Below, in pieces: positions 56,695 through 64,000 of a stretch of DNA of 64,000 nucleotides. This stretch comes from Candidatus Anderseniibacteriota bacterium (lineage in GTDB: Bacteria; Patescibacteriota; Andersenbacteria; UBA10190). The notes below the pieces were generated by a model. It saw only the letters and a list, made by a program, of their open reading frames with translations, was not told the DNA's origin and did no database searches. Both the position numbers and the translations under genes were made by a program. Where the stretch lies: the NCBI GenBank assembly GCA_016197005.1, contig JACPWO010000001.1, positions 87,266 through 151,265 on the forward strand, given 5' to 3'. How positions within the stretch are numbered: the first letter of the stretch is position 1; every line of letters begins with the position of its first letter.

Positions 56695-57018
56695 TCCTGA
56701 GTTCTGTTGCTGGTATTCCAGAACCTTCTCGGCTGGTGACATTCCGCCTAATAATCTATGTGGAAAGTAGTTCCAGGCATCGTTGATGACTTCTATGATA
56801 TTCTGCAGCTCCACTGCTCCCTGGCCGGTATCAAACATGGCAATAATATCTGTCATAGCGTCCGTACCATCCTCGTTAAAGATGACCTCCTTGATATGAT
56901 CCAGGCTGAAATCACTGCCGGTTTGCTCAAGCATTACAGTTAGCTCCTGCTCAGTTTCAGCTCGCTTATCGGTAATTTGTTGCTGGTTCAAAATTTCCAT
57001 ATCCACATAGTGGCGCAT
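56689..57018 (-). CDS. small acidic protein, paralog A (109 aa), C-terminal W-x3-P-x3-LGG-x-SP motif
   Basis: About 70% identical to the ORF at 61541-61864. Confidence 0.5.
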   Translation of the reverse strand: MRHYVDMEILNQQQITDKRAETEQELTVMLEQTGSDFSLDHIKEVIFNEDGTDAMTDIIAMFDTGQGAVELQNIIEVINDAWNYFPHRLLGGMSPAEKVLEYQQQNSGK

Positions 57019-57055
57019 TTTCTGGAGCCTGAAAAGTTAGTAATCTGAATTTTGA

Positions 57056-57107
57056 GTAAAGAAAAACTCGGAAACTAAGTTTGTCGTAGAGACAATAAGT
57101 TTCCGAG
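57056..57107 (-). terminator. rho-independent terminator downstream of the tRNA pair
   Basis: CTCGGAAACT (57068-57077) pairs with AGTTTCCGAG (57098-57107). On the minus strand the hairpin is followed by TTTTTCTTTAC. Confidence 0.5.
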
Positions 57108-57111
57108 TGAA

Positions 57112-57184
57112 TGGAGGATAGCGGATTCGAACCGCTGACCTTCCGCACGCCAGGCGGACGCTCTCCCAACTGAGCTAATCCCCC
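57112..57184 (-). tRNA. tRNA-Ala (anticodon GGC)
   Basis: Manually folded cloverleaf: acceptor GGGGGAT/ATCCTCC with G3:U70, D-arm GCTC-AGTTGGGA-GAGC, anticodon stem TCCGC/GCGGA with loop CTGGCGT, T-arm AGCGG-TTCGAAT-CCGCT. CCA is not encoded. Confidence 0.85.
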
Positions 57185-57188
57185 GAAG

Positions 57189-57259
57189 TGGACCGCCGGA
57201 GAATTGAACTCCGATCTCCTGATTGCAAGTCAGGTGTCTTCCCATTAGACCAGCAGCCC
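57189..57259 (-). tRNA. tRNA-Ala (anticodon UGC)
   Basis: Acceptor GGGCTGC/GCGGTCC with G3:U70, D-arm GTCT-AATGGGA-AGAC, anticodon stem CCTGA/TCAGG with loop CTTGCAA, T-arm CGGAG-TTCAATT-CTCCG. Lies 4 nt from the first tRNA. Confidence 0.8.
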
Positions 57260-57404
57260 ACTGAAGAACAAAGGCCGATGCCAGGTCGCCAAGGTAGGAA
57301 GCCGTCTCCTTTAGAAGGCCGACGCGACCAGCTCGGACGTTGCCTGACTTTCACGCTCGGCCAACACGCGCCCCGATCAATTCGCGCTCGGGAGCACACG
57401 CTTT

Positions 57405-58100
57405 TCATGGGTGCCAGTTCCAAACGGCTTCCGCGCCGCTCATTTCTGGCAGGTACTTTCCGTCCTTCTTGTCAGGACGGACGTACTTTGCTAGAAATTC
57501 GACTTGGCCTCGCCGCTCACAGCGGTAGACCACACCCTCAATCTCATCGCACGGCCACTTATGCCGGGAATGAATTTCGAGGGCTTTCTCAACACCAATA
57601 GCATCTCCAACGTGGAGAAGACTTGGTGTCGAAAAGTGTCCATCGATGCGCTCGTGAAGCGCATCGTACGAAATTCGCCGGTCTCCGATCATCAGGTCAA
57701 AGACCGCGAACGGCTCACGGCCATTCAGATCGTAGACCGTCCCATGGGCTTGGGCGAGCCATTCGCCGCATAATCGTTCACCATTCTTGAGGATCACCCG
57801 AAAGCGATCTTCATTTTGGCGAACCCACTGAGCGAACAAATGATGTTGCTCATAGGGTGAACTATCTGCGGGCCAGCCAGCGCGGATCAGTGGATGTATT
57901 GCGTCGTCGATTAACGCGACGGCGACGCAGGATCCATCCAGTTTTTCCTGCACGACGATCACGTCATGCGAATCTCGCACCTTCTCGGTGCAGATTCTTT
58001 GCTGGCCTTCGGGGATTGACCAATCCCCCGGACCCATGCGACTGCATGGTAAATGTGGGATCGAGCCGTAGGCCCGACGTCCCAGAGGTTTCTTGGACAT
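57405..58100 (-). CDS. ATP-dependent ligase-family nucleotidyltransferase (RNA-ligase-like minimal NTase, 231 aa)
   Basis: Covalent nucleotidyltransferase motif I EKLDGS, motif III-like FAVFDL, motif IV EGVVYR and motif V LAKYVR in the canonical order. Visibly GC-richer than the flanking DNA. Confidence 0.55.
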   Translation of the reverse strand: MSKKPLGRRAYGSIPHLPCSRMGPGDWSIPEGQQRICTEKVRDSHDVIVVQEKLDGSCVAVALIDDAIHPLIRAGWPADSSPYEQHHLFAQWVRQNEDRFRVILKNGERLCGEWLAQAHGTVYDLNGREPFAVFDLMIGDRRISYDALHERIDGHFSTPSLLHVGDAIGVEKALEIHSRHKWPCDEIEGVVYRCERRGQVEFLAKYVRPDKKDGKYLPEMSGAEAVWNWHP

Positions 58101-58308
58101 TTGGCCTCCGGTTTGTTGGGGTAGGTTGTCAATGAACGCTTATCACCCTAGCATACAACGAGATTAATGTCAATATTGGCTGTTTGGCCTTGTTCAATAA
58201 TAGCTATGTTAAGGTAATAATATTTCATAAGTACGGTGTCTCTAGTGGACTTACCTACAACTTACCAACTAGCATCTTTTTCAACCCAGCGGCACTGTTC
58301 CTGCTACT

Positions 58309-59598
58309 GTGGCTGACATTACCTACTGCCTTTACGCAAGAAAAAGCACGGAAAGTGACGAACTCCAAGCCCTTTCCATTGATTCGCAAATCAAAGAGAT
58401 GTTAGATCAGACAAAGCGAGATGGAATTACTGTCGCGGAAATCAGGCGGGAAAGTCACTCCGCCAAGGAGTCGTTTACCAGACCAGTATTCCGGCAACTT
58501 ATTGAAGATATTCGCAGCTCAAAATTCAGCGGCATTCTAACTTGGGCTCCAGACCGTTTAAGTAGAAACGCCGGTGACCTCGGGGCACTAGTTGACCTCA
58601 TGGATCAAGGCAAGCTAGCGGAAATCAGAACGCATGGGCAGATATTCCGTAACTCACCAAATGAGAAATTTCTACTGATGATTCTGTGTAGCCAAGCCAA
58701 GCTGGAAAATGATAACCGGAGCGTCAATGTGAAGCGTGGTCTTCGAGCCAAGTGTGAGATGGGCTATCGTCCCGGCATGACCCCGCTCGGCTACGTAAAT
58801 CTCAAGTACGAGAAGAAAGGCGACAAGAAGATAGTCCTTGATCCCAAACGGGCGCCCATCATTCGCGAGATGTTCGAGCGGGTAGACGCAGGCGCCAGTG
58901 GCCGAGATGTTCTGCGCTGGATTAACAACGAGGCAGGATTCACTACGCGTACGGGCAAGAAAGTCGTTCTATCGGCGATATACGTCATGCTGCGCAATCC
59001 CTACTACTGCGGGAAGTATGAATTCCCGAAAGGCGGCGGTACTTGGTACAAAGTCGCCCACAAATCTATCGTGCCGGTACGTCTTTGGAAAAATGTGCAA
59101 GAAAAACTCACCGGTGCGCCCAAAGCTAGGCCAGGCAGCAAGACGTTCGACTTTACCGGCATGCTCACGTGCGGAGCCTGCTTGTCGGGAGTAACGGCTG
59201 AAGATCGGTTTAAGGATATTATTGACGGCACCAAAAGACGCTACGTCTACTACCACTGCACCAGAGCTCGTGACCTGGCGTGTCCGGAGCCGTACATTCG
59301 CGAGGAAGCCTTACTCGATCAGCTGCTAGATATCATCGATACGGTGGATTTGAACGTACTGGAAGTGCAGGAAAAACTGGCAGATGACCTAAAACGATAT
59401 CAAAGATTCGCTATGAAGGTACTACAGCGTGAGGATACGCAAATAATGCCGGACTCCGACATCCGCAGCTACGCCAAACACATGCTGTTAGAAGGAAATC
59501 GGGATGAGCGCCGGGAGATCATCGCCAGCATCACAACTAAACTGTATTTACAAAACAAGCGGATCAGTATTAAAACACCGAAAATACTTCACGCCTAG
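58309..59598 (+). CDS. large serine recombinase (resolvase-domain integrase with recombinase domain and zinc ribbon)
   Basis: N-terminal catalytic YARKST(E)SD...SIDSQ serine motif, a recombinase domain, and a Cys cluster CGAC...HCTRARDLAC. Confidence 0.8.
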   Translation: MADITYCLYARKSTESDELQALSIDSQIKEMLDQTKRDGITVAEIRRESHSAKESFTRPVFRQLIEDIRSSKFSGILTWAPDRLSRNAGDLGALVDLMDQGKLAEIRTHGQIFRNSPNEKFLLMILCSQAKLENDNRSVNVKRGLRAKCEMGYRPGMTPLGYVNLKYEKKGDKKIVLDPKRAPIIREMFERVDAGASGRDVLRWINNEAGFTTRTGKKVVLSAIYVMLRNPYYCGKYEFPKGGGTWYKVAHKSIVPVRLWKNVQEKLTGAPKARPGSKTFDFTGMLTCGACLSGVTAEDRFKDIIDGTKRRYVYYHCTRARDLACPEPYIREEALLDQLLDIIDTVDLNVLEVQEKLADDLKRYQRFAMKVLQREDTQIMPDSDIRSYAKHMLLEGNRDERREIIASITTKLYLQNKRISIKTPKILHA

Positions 59599-59882
59599 CC
59601 GGTTCGAATCCTGATACAGGGCTGAATCGGACAACTTATTATCTTTTGACTTTCCGCCAACGTGACGCAGTAACGGACTATGGTCGCATTTAAAACGAGA
59701 AATAAGTGTTCACTTGGCGGGACGCGTTTAGAACCTTTAACTGGTCTAAGGCTATACCTTATCCTGCTGTGGAGCTAGGGCAGATTAGGCACTTGTTAGC
59801 GTTGGTGTAGCCCCTAGCCCCCTTAGCGTTCGTCTAATGCCAAATGAGCGACCCCCCACCCCAAAAAACACCACCCCTAGAA

Positions 59883-59980
59883 GGTGGTCATAGGAAACAA
59901 AAAGAAACTTCCTAATTGGTAGCGCGGACACCCCCTACTCAAAGAATCGGGACTCCTATCAACTTAAGGGGTGGTCATAG
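59883..59980. repeat. direct repeat GGTGGTCATAG x2 plus C-rich tracts in the recombinase-proximal intergenic region
   Basis: GGTGGTCATAG at 59883-59893 and 59970-59980. TAGCCCC mini-repeats and a CCCCCCACCCCAAAAAACACCACCCC tract at 59810-59880. Confidence 0.4.
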
Positions 59981-61519
59981 CCCCGCAATATCTTCTCTGA
60001 TTTTTTTGGGAAAGATAGTTCGATAGTCATCTGGAAATAAGTGAATAGTCTTATTGAGGTCATCTTGAAAGCTGTTTCTAAGGTAAGGATCAAAACACCA
60101 CGAGGATTTTTCTGGATCAAACACCTTACCCTGCATTACAGTCTTGACCCCCCTGCTTTGTATAATCTGTGCGCCGTGCTCAAACTCCTGAACTGACATT
60201 ACGGTAAATGGTTTTTCTGTAAGCCACTCGACAGGTAGCTGTGCAGCCTTCATTTTTTCTTCAACCTTTTTCTGTACTTTGCGGAGAGGATCGCCCATTA
60301 AGAACCAATCCTCCAAGATTACAACAATGGGAAAGATTGCCTTCGAGCCATTATATTTATATTTTGGACTTTTATATTTACCTGCCTGATAATATTGGAT
60401 CGTCTTATATATCTGCAAAGCAGCGTCCGCAATAATATCAAGTTGTTTTTCGAGTTCAGAAGAATCAAATAGCTCGACTTTGGCCGGCATTGTGAGTCGT
60501 TTAGTTTTACACTCAATAAATAATGCCGCATCGTCCTGATCTGCTATCCAATCTATTTTAGGGGCATTGAAGCTTTGAGTTTGCTCCTGTGGGTAAATGA
60601 CGAATTTGTTGTCTTTGTTGGCCTTTTCCAGAACCTCACCAATATAATACTCGAACGATTCTCCAAAAACAGTATCGAATCCGCTTTGACGACAAAGTTC
60701 ATAATATATTCCATTTGTAACGCGCCAAAATAGAAGTGCCGGCATTGGGCAAATTAGACTATCCTGACCACTAATATTAATTCTGATCAAAGGATAGATT
60801 TTGAATGAGTCGTGATAGTAGAAAAATTTCTCATCGATACTTCTTTCTGTGGGCGATTGCAATTTTACTTTAAGGCTTTCGTAGTCTGTAGAAAAAAGTT
60901 TTAGAAATAAATCTAGCTTTGATACATCTAGGTCGTCTTGGCCTAGGTTAATTTCGGGTGGATAAAATAAGGAGAATTTAGTTACATATACGCCTAGAGT
61001 AGCTATGCCCAGCAGATAAATCTCTTGCGTTGTGAGCCCAGTAGTTTCTTTGACGATTTTATCTAGGGCAGGATAACTAAAAATTTTAAAATAACGGGTG
61101 AGATAAATCTTATTGAAACCGTGTATTTGCCAAGGAAACTGACGATGAGCCATCCGATGTATCTCAACCAAAACATTTATCTTGCCGCGATATATCTTCG
61201 TAAGGTCATTTTCAAAATCCTTAACCTTATTGATCGCGTTGGCAAGATGATTCTGTTTTCGTAGATCGTATCTGGCCTGTGTAAATTGAGGGGAGTTGAT
61301 AATAATTTCCCTTGCGAGGGTTTCTAGTTCCCAATTGTTAATTACTCGCGGGCTTTGCCTTAAAGCATCCCAGTGAACATCAACGTCTATTGGGAAAGGC
61401 TTTTGAAGCCAGAGATATTGAGAATATGATCGTATGGTTGCAAGAGCATCGATTAGATTGAGTTGTCTTAAATAGTTTCTAAGCGGTTTATATGCTGCAA
61501 ATATTTCATCATTAGGCAT
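59975..61519 (-). CDS. hypothetical 514-aa protein with C-terminal PD-(D/E)xK-like nuclease motif
   Basis: IDWIADQDDAALFIECKTK (D...ExK) in the C-terminal third. The N-terminal ~300 aa shows no recognisable motifs. Confidence 0.45.
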   Translation of the reverse strand: MPNDEIFAAYKPLRNYLRQLNLIDALATIRSYSQYLWLQKPFPIDVDVHWDALRQSPRVINNWELETLAREIIINSPQFTQARYDLRKQNHLANAINKVKDFENDLTKIYRGKINVLVEIHRMAHRQFPWQIHGFNKIYLTRYFKIFSYPALDKIVKETTGLTTQEIYLLGIATLGVYVTKFSLFYPPEINLGQDDLDVSKLDLFLKLFSTDYESLKVKLQSPTERSIDEKFFYYHDSFKIYPLIRINISGQDSLICPMPALLFWRVTNGIYYELCRQSGFDTVFGESFEYYIGEVLEKANKDNKFVIYPQEQTQSFNAPKIDWIADQDDAALFIECKTKRLTMPAKVELFDSSELEKQLDIIADAALQIYKTIQYYQAGKYKSPKYKYNGSKAIFPIVVILEDWFLMGDPLRKVQKKVEEKMKAAQLPVEWLTEKPFTVMSVQEFEHGAQIIQSRGVKTVMQGKVFDPEKSSWCFDPYLRNSFQDDLNKTIHLFPDDYRTIFPKKIREDIAGL

Positions 61520-61540
61520 AAGACACTCATCACACGGCTA

Positions 61541-61864
61541 TTAAAGGTTCCCCTCTTGCTTTTGCTGGTATTTCAACACTTTTTCCGCCGGAGAGAGGCC
61601 GCCCAAAGTTTTATGCGGAAAGTAATTCCAAGCGTCATTAACAGTTTCGATGATATTTTCCAGCTCGGCTGCCCCTTGGCCTGTATCAAACATAACGATG
61701 ATGTCAGTTAAGTCGTCCGTGCCTTCTTCGTTGTAGATAATTTCTTTTATGTCATCCAAGCCAAAGTCGCTCTTAGTTTCTTTAAGAAAAGCTAGAAGCT
61801 CCTGCTCGATCTCGTTGCGACGATCAATGGCCTGCTGCTGGTTAAGAATCTCCATAGCATTCAT
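61541..61864 (-). CDS. small acidic protein, paralog B (107 aa)
   Basis: About 70% identical to paralog A. Start codon overlaps the stop of the upstream nuclease gene (ATGA). Confidence 0.5.
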   Translation of the reverse strand: MNAMEILNQQQAIDRRNEIEQELLAFLKETKSDFGLDDIKEIIYNEEGTDDLTDIIVMFDTGQGAAELENIIETVNDAWNYFPHKTLGGLSPAEKVLKYQQKQEGNL

Positions 61865-62616
61865 TCGTTATGCCTTCCTATGGCTTCGATATAGCTGCAA
61901 TAGTCGCAGCCAGAATTATTGGATGGGATTGTATTTTGATTCAAACACGCGTGGATTTCTGAAATAGTATCTTCGATCCAAGAGTCATCACCTTTATACG
62001 GGATCAGAGTAATTTCAAATTCAAGCTTACCGTCGAATGCCCTTCGATCAGTCTGGCCATTGCAATAAACAAAGTAGCCGGTATCAGAAACGGTATAGCC
62101 ATTCTGTCGTAGTAACCATTGATACACCTCCATCTGTCGCTTATAGCCATCGTGCCATTCCTTGTTCAGTTCAGTGATCTCCTCGTTTTTAGACGTGGCC
62201 TTATAATCAACAACAATGTATTCGCCTTTGGAGTTCTGCCAAAGGTCATCAATCGCGCCAAAGATTAATAAATTCGTCGCCTTGTGCAGGTGTTGGATAC
62301 CCGTAAAGTTGTGCCGCCACTTGTCTAAATCTTCGTGCGGAACAGGTTGAGCATCGACACCATACTTTTCAATAAGAGGGTGCTTAGTGCCATTGGCTCG
62401 ATGAATATCAAACTCTTGCTTTAGGAGATGATCGACGGCCGAATTTAACGCAAAGGGAAAGCCTGGCGGTCGGCCAACGCCCAGCTTGCGGTCGTGGTAG
62501 AAACAGCGAGGGCAGTCTAAAAATAAATCAATTTTGGAACGGGAAAGCTTAAACGGCTCAATAGCAGCAGGATCATACAAGCCTTTTGTTCGTTGGGAAT
62601 TATAGTATTCAGACAT
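61861..62616 (-). CDS. RecB/Cas4-like PD-(D/E)xK nuclease with four Cys (CxxC...CxxC)
   Basis: Motifs in order: CPRC, GAIDD, IVVDYK, QMEVYQWLL (QxxxY), CDYC. Confidence 0.6.
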   Translation of the reverse strand: MSEYYNSQRTKGLYDPAAIEPFKLSRSKIDLFLDCPRCFYHDRKLGVGRPPGFPFALNSAVDHLLKQEFDIHRANGTKHPLIEKYGVDAQPVPHEDLDKWRHNFTGIQHLHKATNLLIFGAIDDLWQNSKGEYIVVDYKATSKNEEITELNKEWHDGYKRQMEVYQWLLRQNGYTVSDTGYFVYCNGQTDRRAFDGKLEFEITLIPYKGDDSWIEDTISEIHACLNQNTIPSNNSGCDYCSYIEAIGRHNE

Positions 62617-62618
62617 TG

Positions 62619-63554
62619 CTATGAAGGTAAGCTTTTAATGTAGGGTCTTAATGCCTTTTCAAGTCGCACCATTGCATCAATAACCTTAATCTGTGCCTGC
62701 TCCCACGTTGCCTTATCTTTTAATCCATACTCCTTAAACCTAAAGCTAATTCGACAAGCCCTACGATGTTCTAGGCGTTCCCACGTGAGGTTGCCGCCGA
62801 ATGTATTCTCGATTACGTCCTTATGTTTGTACAAGGCATCAAAACGTTCCTTGTTGAGCGTTGGATACTCCTTGCCTCTGTCGAGATACAACTCTGCGCC
62901 GACAAAGCCGGTGGTGATTACATAATTAAAACTTAGACCGCTTTTGCCAGCCCCCGTTCCAATCCAGCTATAAATCGTGGGGGAGGTGTTTGAATGTAAT
63001 TTTGTTCTTTCTTTCGCCTTTTCCAACAACTGCTGCCAGAACTCCTTTCGCAGATGATGACGCTCCGCGTATTCTTTCTTTTCTAAACCGACCTCTTTAG
63101 CAATTTCGGTGGGCTGCACGATCACAGTGAAAAGAGGCGCGGGATCAGAACCGCCTATTTTCACTGCCTCCACTTGCACTAAATAAAATGCAATGTCGGC
63201 TGGTGTATGCTCGTTAAGCCAATGCACGGCTTTCTCGTGCTCTTCTCGTGGGCTACTGGTGATCCATATGGCCGCCTTAGCATCAAGATTGGTCATATAT
63301 GTGAGCACTTTACCTAAGTGGTCGTGGTCAGTTTTTTCCAACTGATTTTCAACAATGGCCAAATGACCGTCGCTATCTTCAAGCATAATGTCTAAGTAAA
63401 AGCTGCCGACTGATTTTTCTTTTTCGACAATTGAAAATGATGTTTCTAACGCCTCATTAAGAGCATCAATATTTTCAGCAAGCCACGACGTAAAATCTTT
63501 GGCTTCATTTTTCCAGATTTCTCGAAGCGGAACTCGTTGTAGCTTTCCAATCAT
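62619..63554 (-). CDS. NucS/DUF91-like PD-(D/E)xK nuclease domain fused to a C-terminal domain of unknown function (DUF4268-like)
   Basis: FYLDIMLEDSDGHLAIVENQLEKTDHDHLGKVLTY matches the D-x(n)-E-x-K/Q core of NucS-type nucleases. Confidence 0.5.
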   Translation of the reverse strand: MIGKLQRVPLREIWKNEAKDFTSWLAENIDALNEALETSFSIVEKEKSVGSFYLDIMLEDSDGHLAIVENQLEKTDHDHLGKVLTYMTNLDAKAAIWITSSPREEHEKAVHWLNEHTPADIAFYLVQVEAVKIGGSDPAPLFTVIVQPTEIAKEVGLEKKEYAERHHLRKEFWQQLLEKAKERTKLHSNTSPTIYSWIGTGAGKSGLSFNYVITTGFVGAELYLDRGKEYPTLNKERFDALYKHKDVIENTFGGNLTWERLEHRRACRISFRFKEYGLKDKATWEQAQIKVIDAMVRLEKALRPYIKSLPS

Positions 63555-64000
63555 ATTGTTGATCCAAAACTACGGATTATTCTTTTTTCTTCATCGCTAA
63601 TTTTATAAAGATTCATAACCAATTCATCAATTTCCTTGTTCAGTTTTTGAATCGTTTGAAGTAGTGTCAACAACTCTTGCTTAGTTGTTGTAAAGAAGTC
63701 CATCAATTCTGATTTTTTCTGGATAGAAACTGATACTTTAATAGTTCTTAAAAAATCTTCGAATTCCTGCTTATAAAAACTTTTGGCCTTTTTGGGGATT
63801 GAGGGCAGCGAGAATTCGTGAGCAAATAACTTCTGTGCCTTTTCAAGCTTTTGGTTAAAATCCCCACTCATCGAAAGCAATTGACGAACTTTTTCTACAA
63901 TCTCACCCTGCGCACCCTCTGATGCTTTATATATAGGGAATTGTGCTAATTCATTGACTTTAAATTGAGGAAAAATCTTTCGCTGAAATTTGTTAAATGT
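63551..64000 (-). CDS. 3' end of a larger gene continuing beyond the window, whose C-terminus resembles type IIG RM / PglX-like N6-adenine methyltransferase tails (partial)
   Basis: The reading frame is open to the window edge with no stop in 40 codons upstream of the track's TTG. The C-terminal EIDELVMNLYKISDEEKRII matches the hydrophobic-LY-x-[LI]-[ST]-x-EE-x-x-I tail of such MTases. Confidence 0.4.
   Translation of the reverse strand, partial: TFNKFQRKIFPQFKVNELAQFPIYKASEGAQGEIVEKVRQLLSMSGDFNQKLEKAQKLFAHEFSLPSIPKKAKSFYKQEFEDFLRTIKVSVSIQKKSELMDFFTTTKQELLTLLQTIQKLNKEIDELVMNLYKISDEEKRIIRSFGSTI

Larger units (their letters stand above)
56258..64000. mobile_element. putative integrated genomic/defence island (open-ended on the right)
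   Basis: Gene content switches abruptly after dnaX to a repeat array, tandem tRNAs, a GC-rich ligase gene, a serine recombinase, nucleases and duplicated small genes. Confidence 0.4.

Noticed and set aside
57175-57601. Several 60-140-aa ORFs overlapping the tRNA pair and the GC-rich ligase gene on either strand
   Set aside because: They overlap confidently folded tRNAs or lie antisense to, or out of frame with, the ligase-family ORF in GC-rich sequence where long spurious ORFs are expected.
59599-59611. Intact tRNA gene at the recombinase 3' end
   Set aside because: Only the 11-nt GGTTCGAATCC T-loop consensus is present. No acceptor or anticodon arms can be folded, so it is reported only as a possible fragment.
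1-64000. rRNA genes
   Set aside because: No segment with rRNA-like conserved sequence or suitable length outside protein-coding regions was found.

Overview
The window looks like a compact, gene-dense bacterial chromosome segment, about 47% GC by eye. Short aaRS and ribosomal proteins and many overlapping starts suggest a reduced-genome, Patescibacteria/CPR-like organism. This is inference only. From 4 to about 56257 it is housekeeping. It starts with an envelope cluster (O-antigen-ligase-like, FemAB, DegT aminotransferase, a MurF-like ligase with a membrane N-terminus, two GT2). Then come scpAB, a DD-carboxypeptidase, mraY-murD-ftsW-murG-murC, a T4CP-like ATPase pair, LOG and alaS. Next are infA-rpmJ-rpsM-rpsK-rpsD-rpoA-rplQ, rplM-rpsI, a tandem-fused CsrA, murA, two mreB paralogs with mreCD-mrdA, secA/D/F, hpf, holB, frr, rseP, proS, greA, lysS, serS and ftsQ. 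After a promoter/terminator-bounded candidate ncRNA come a GT39-GtrA module and dnaX. From about 56260 to the window end the content changes to an island-like region: TGTTACA repeat array, paralogous small acidic proteins, tandem tRNA-Ala genes, a GC-rich ligase-family gene, a large serine recombinase, and a minus-strand operon of PD-(D/E)xK nucleases ending in a partial MTase-like gene. The operon is a candidate uncharacterised defence module.
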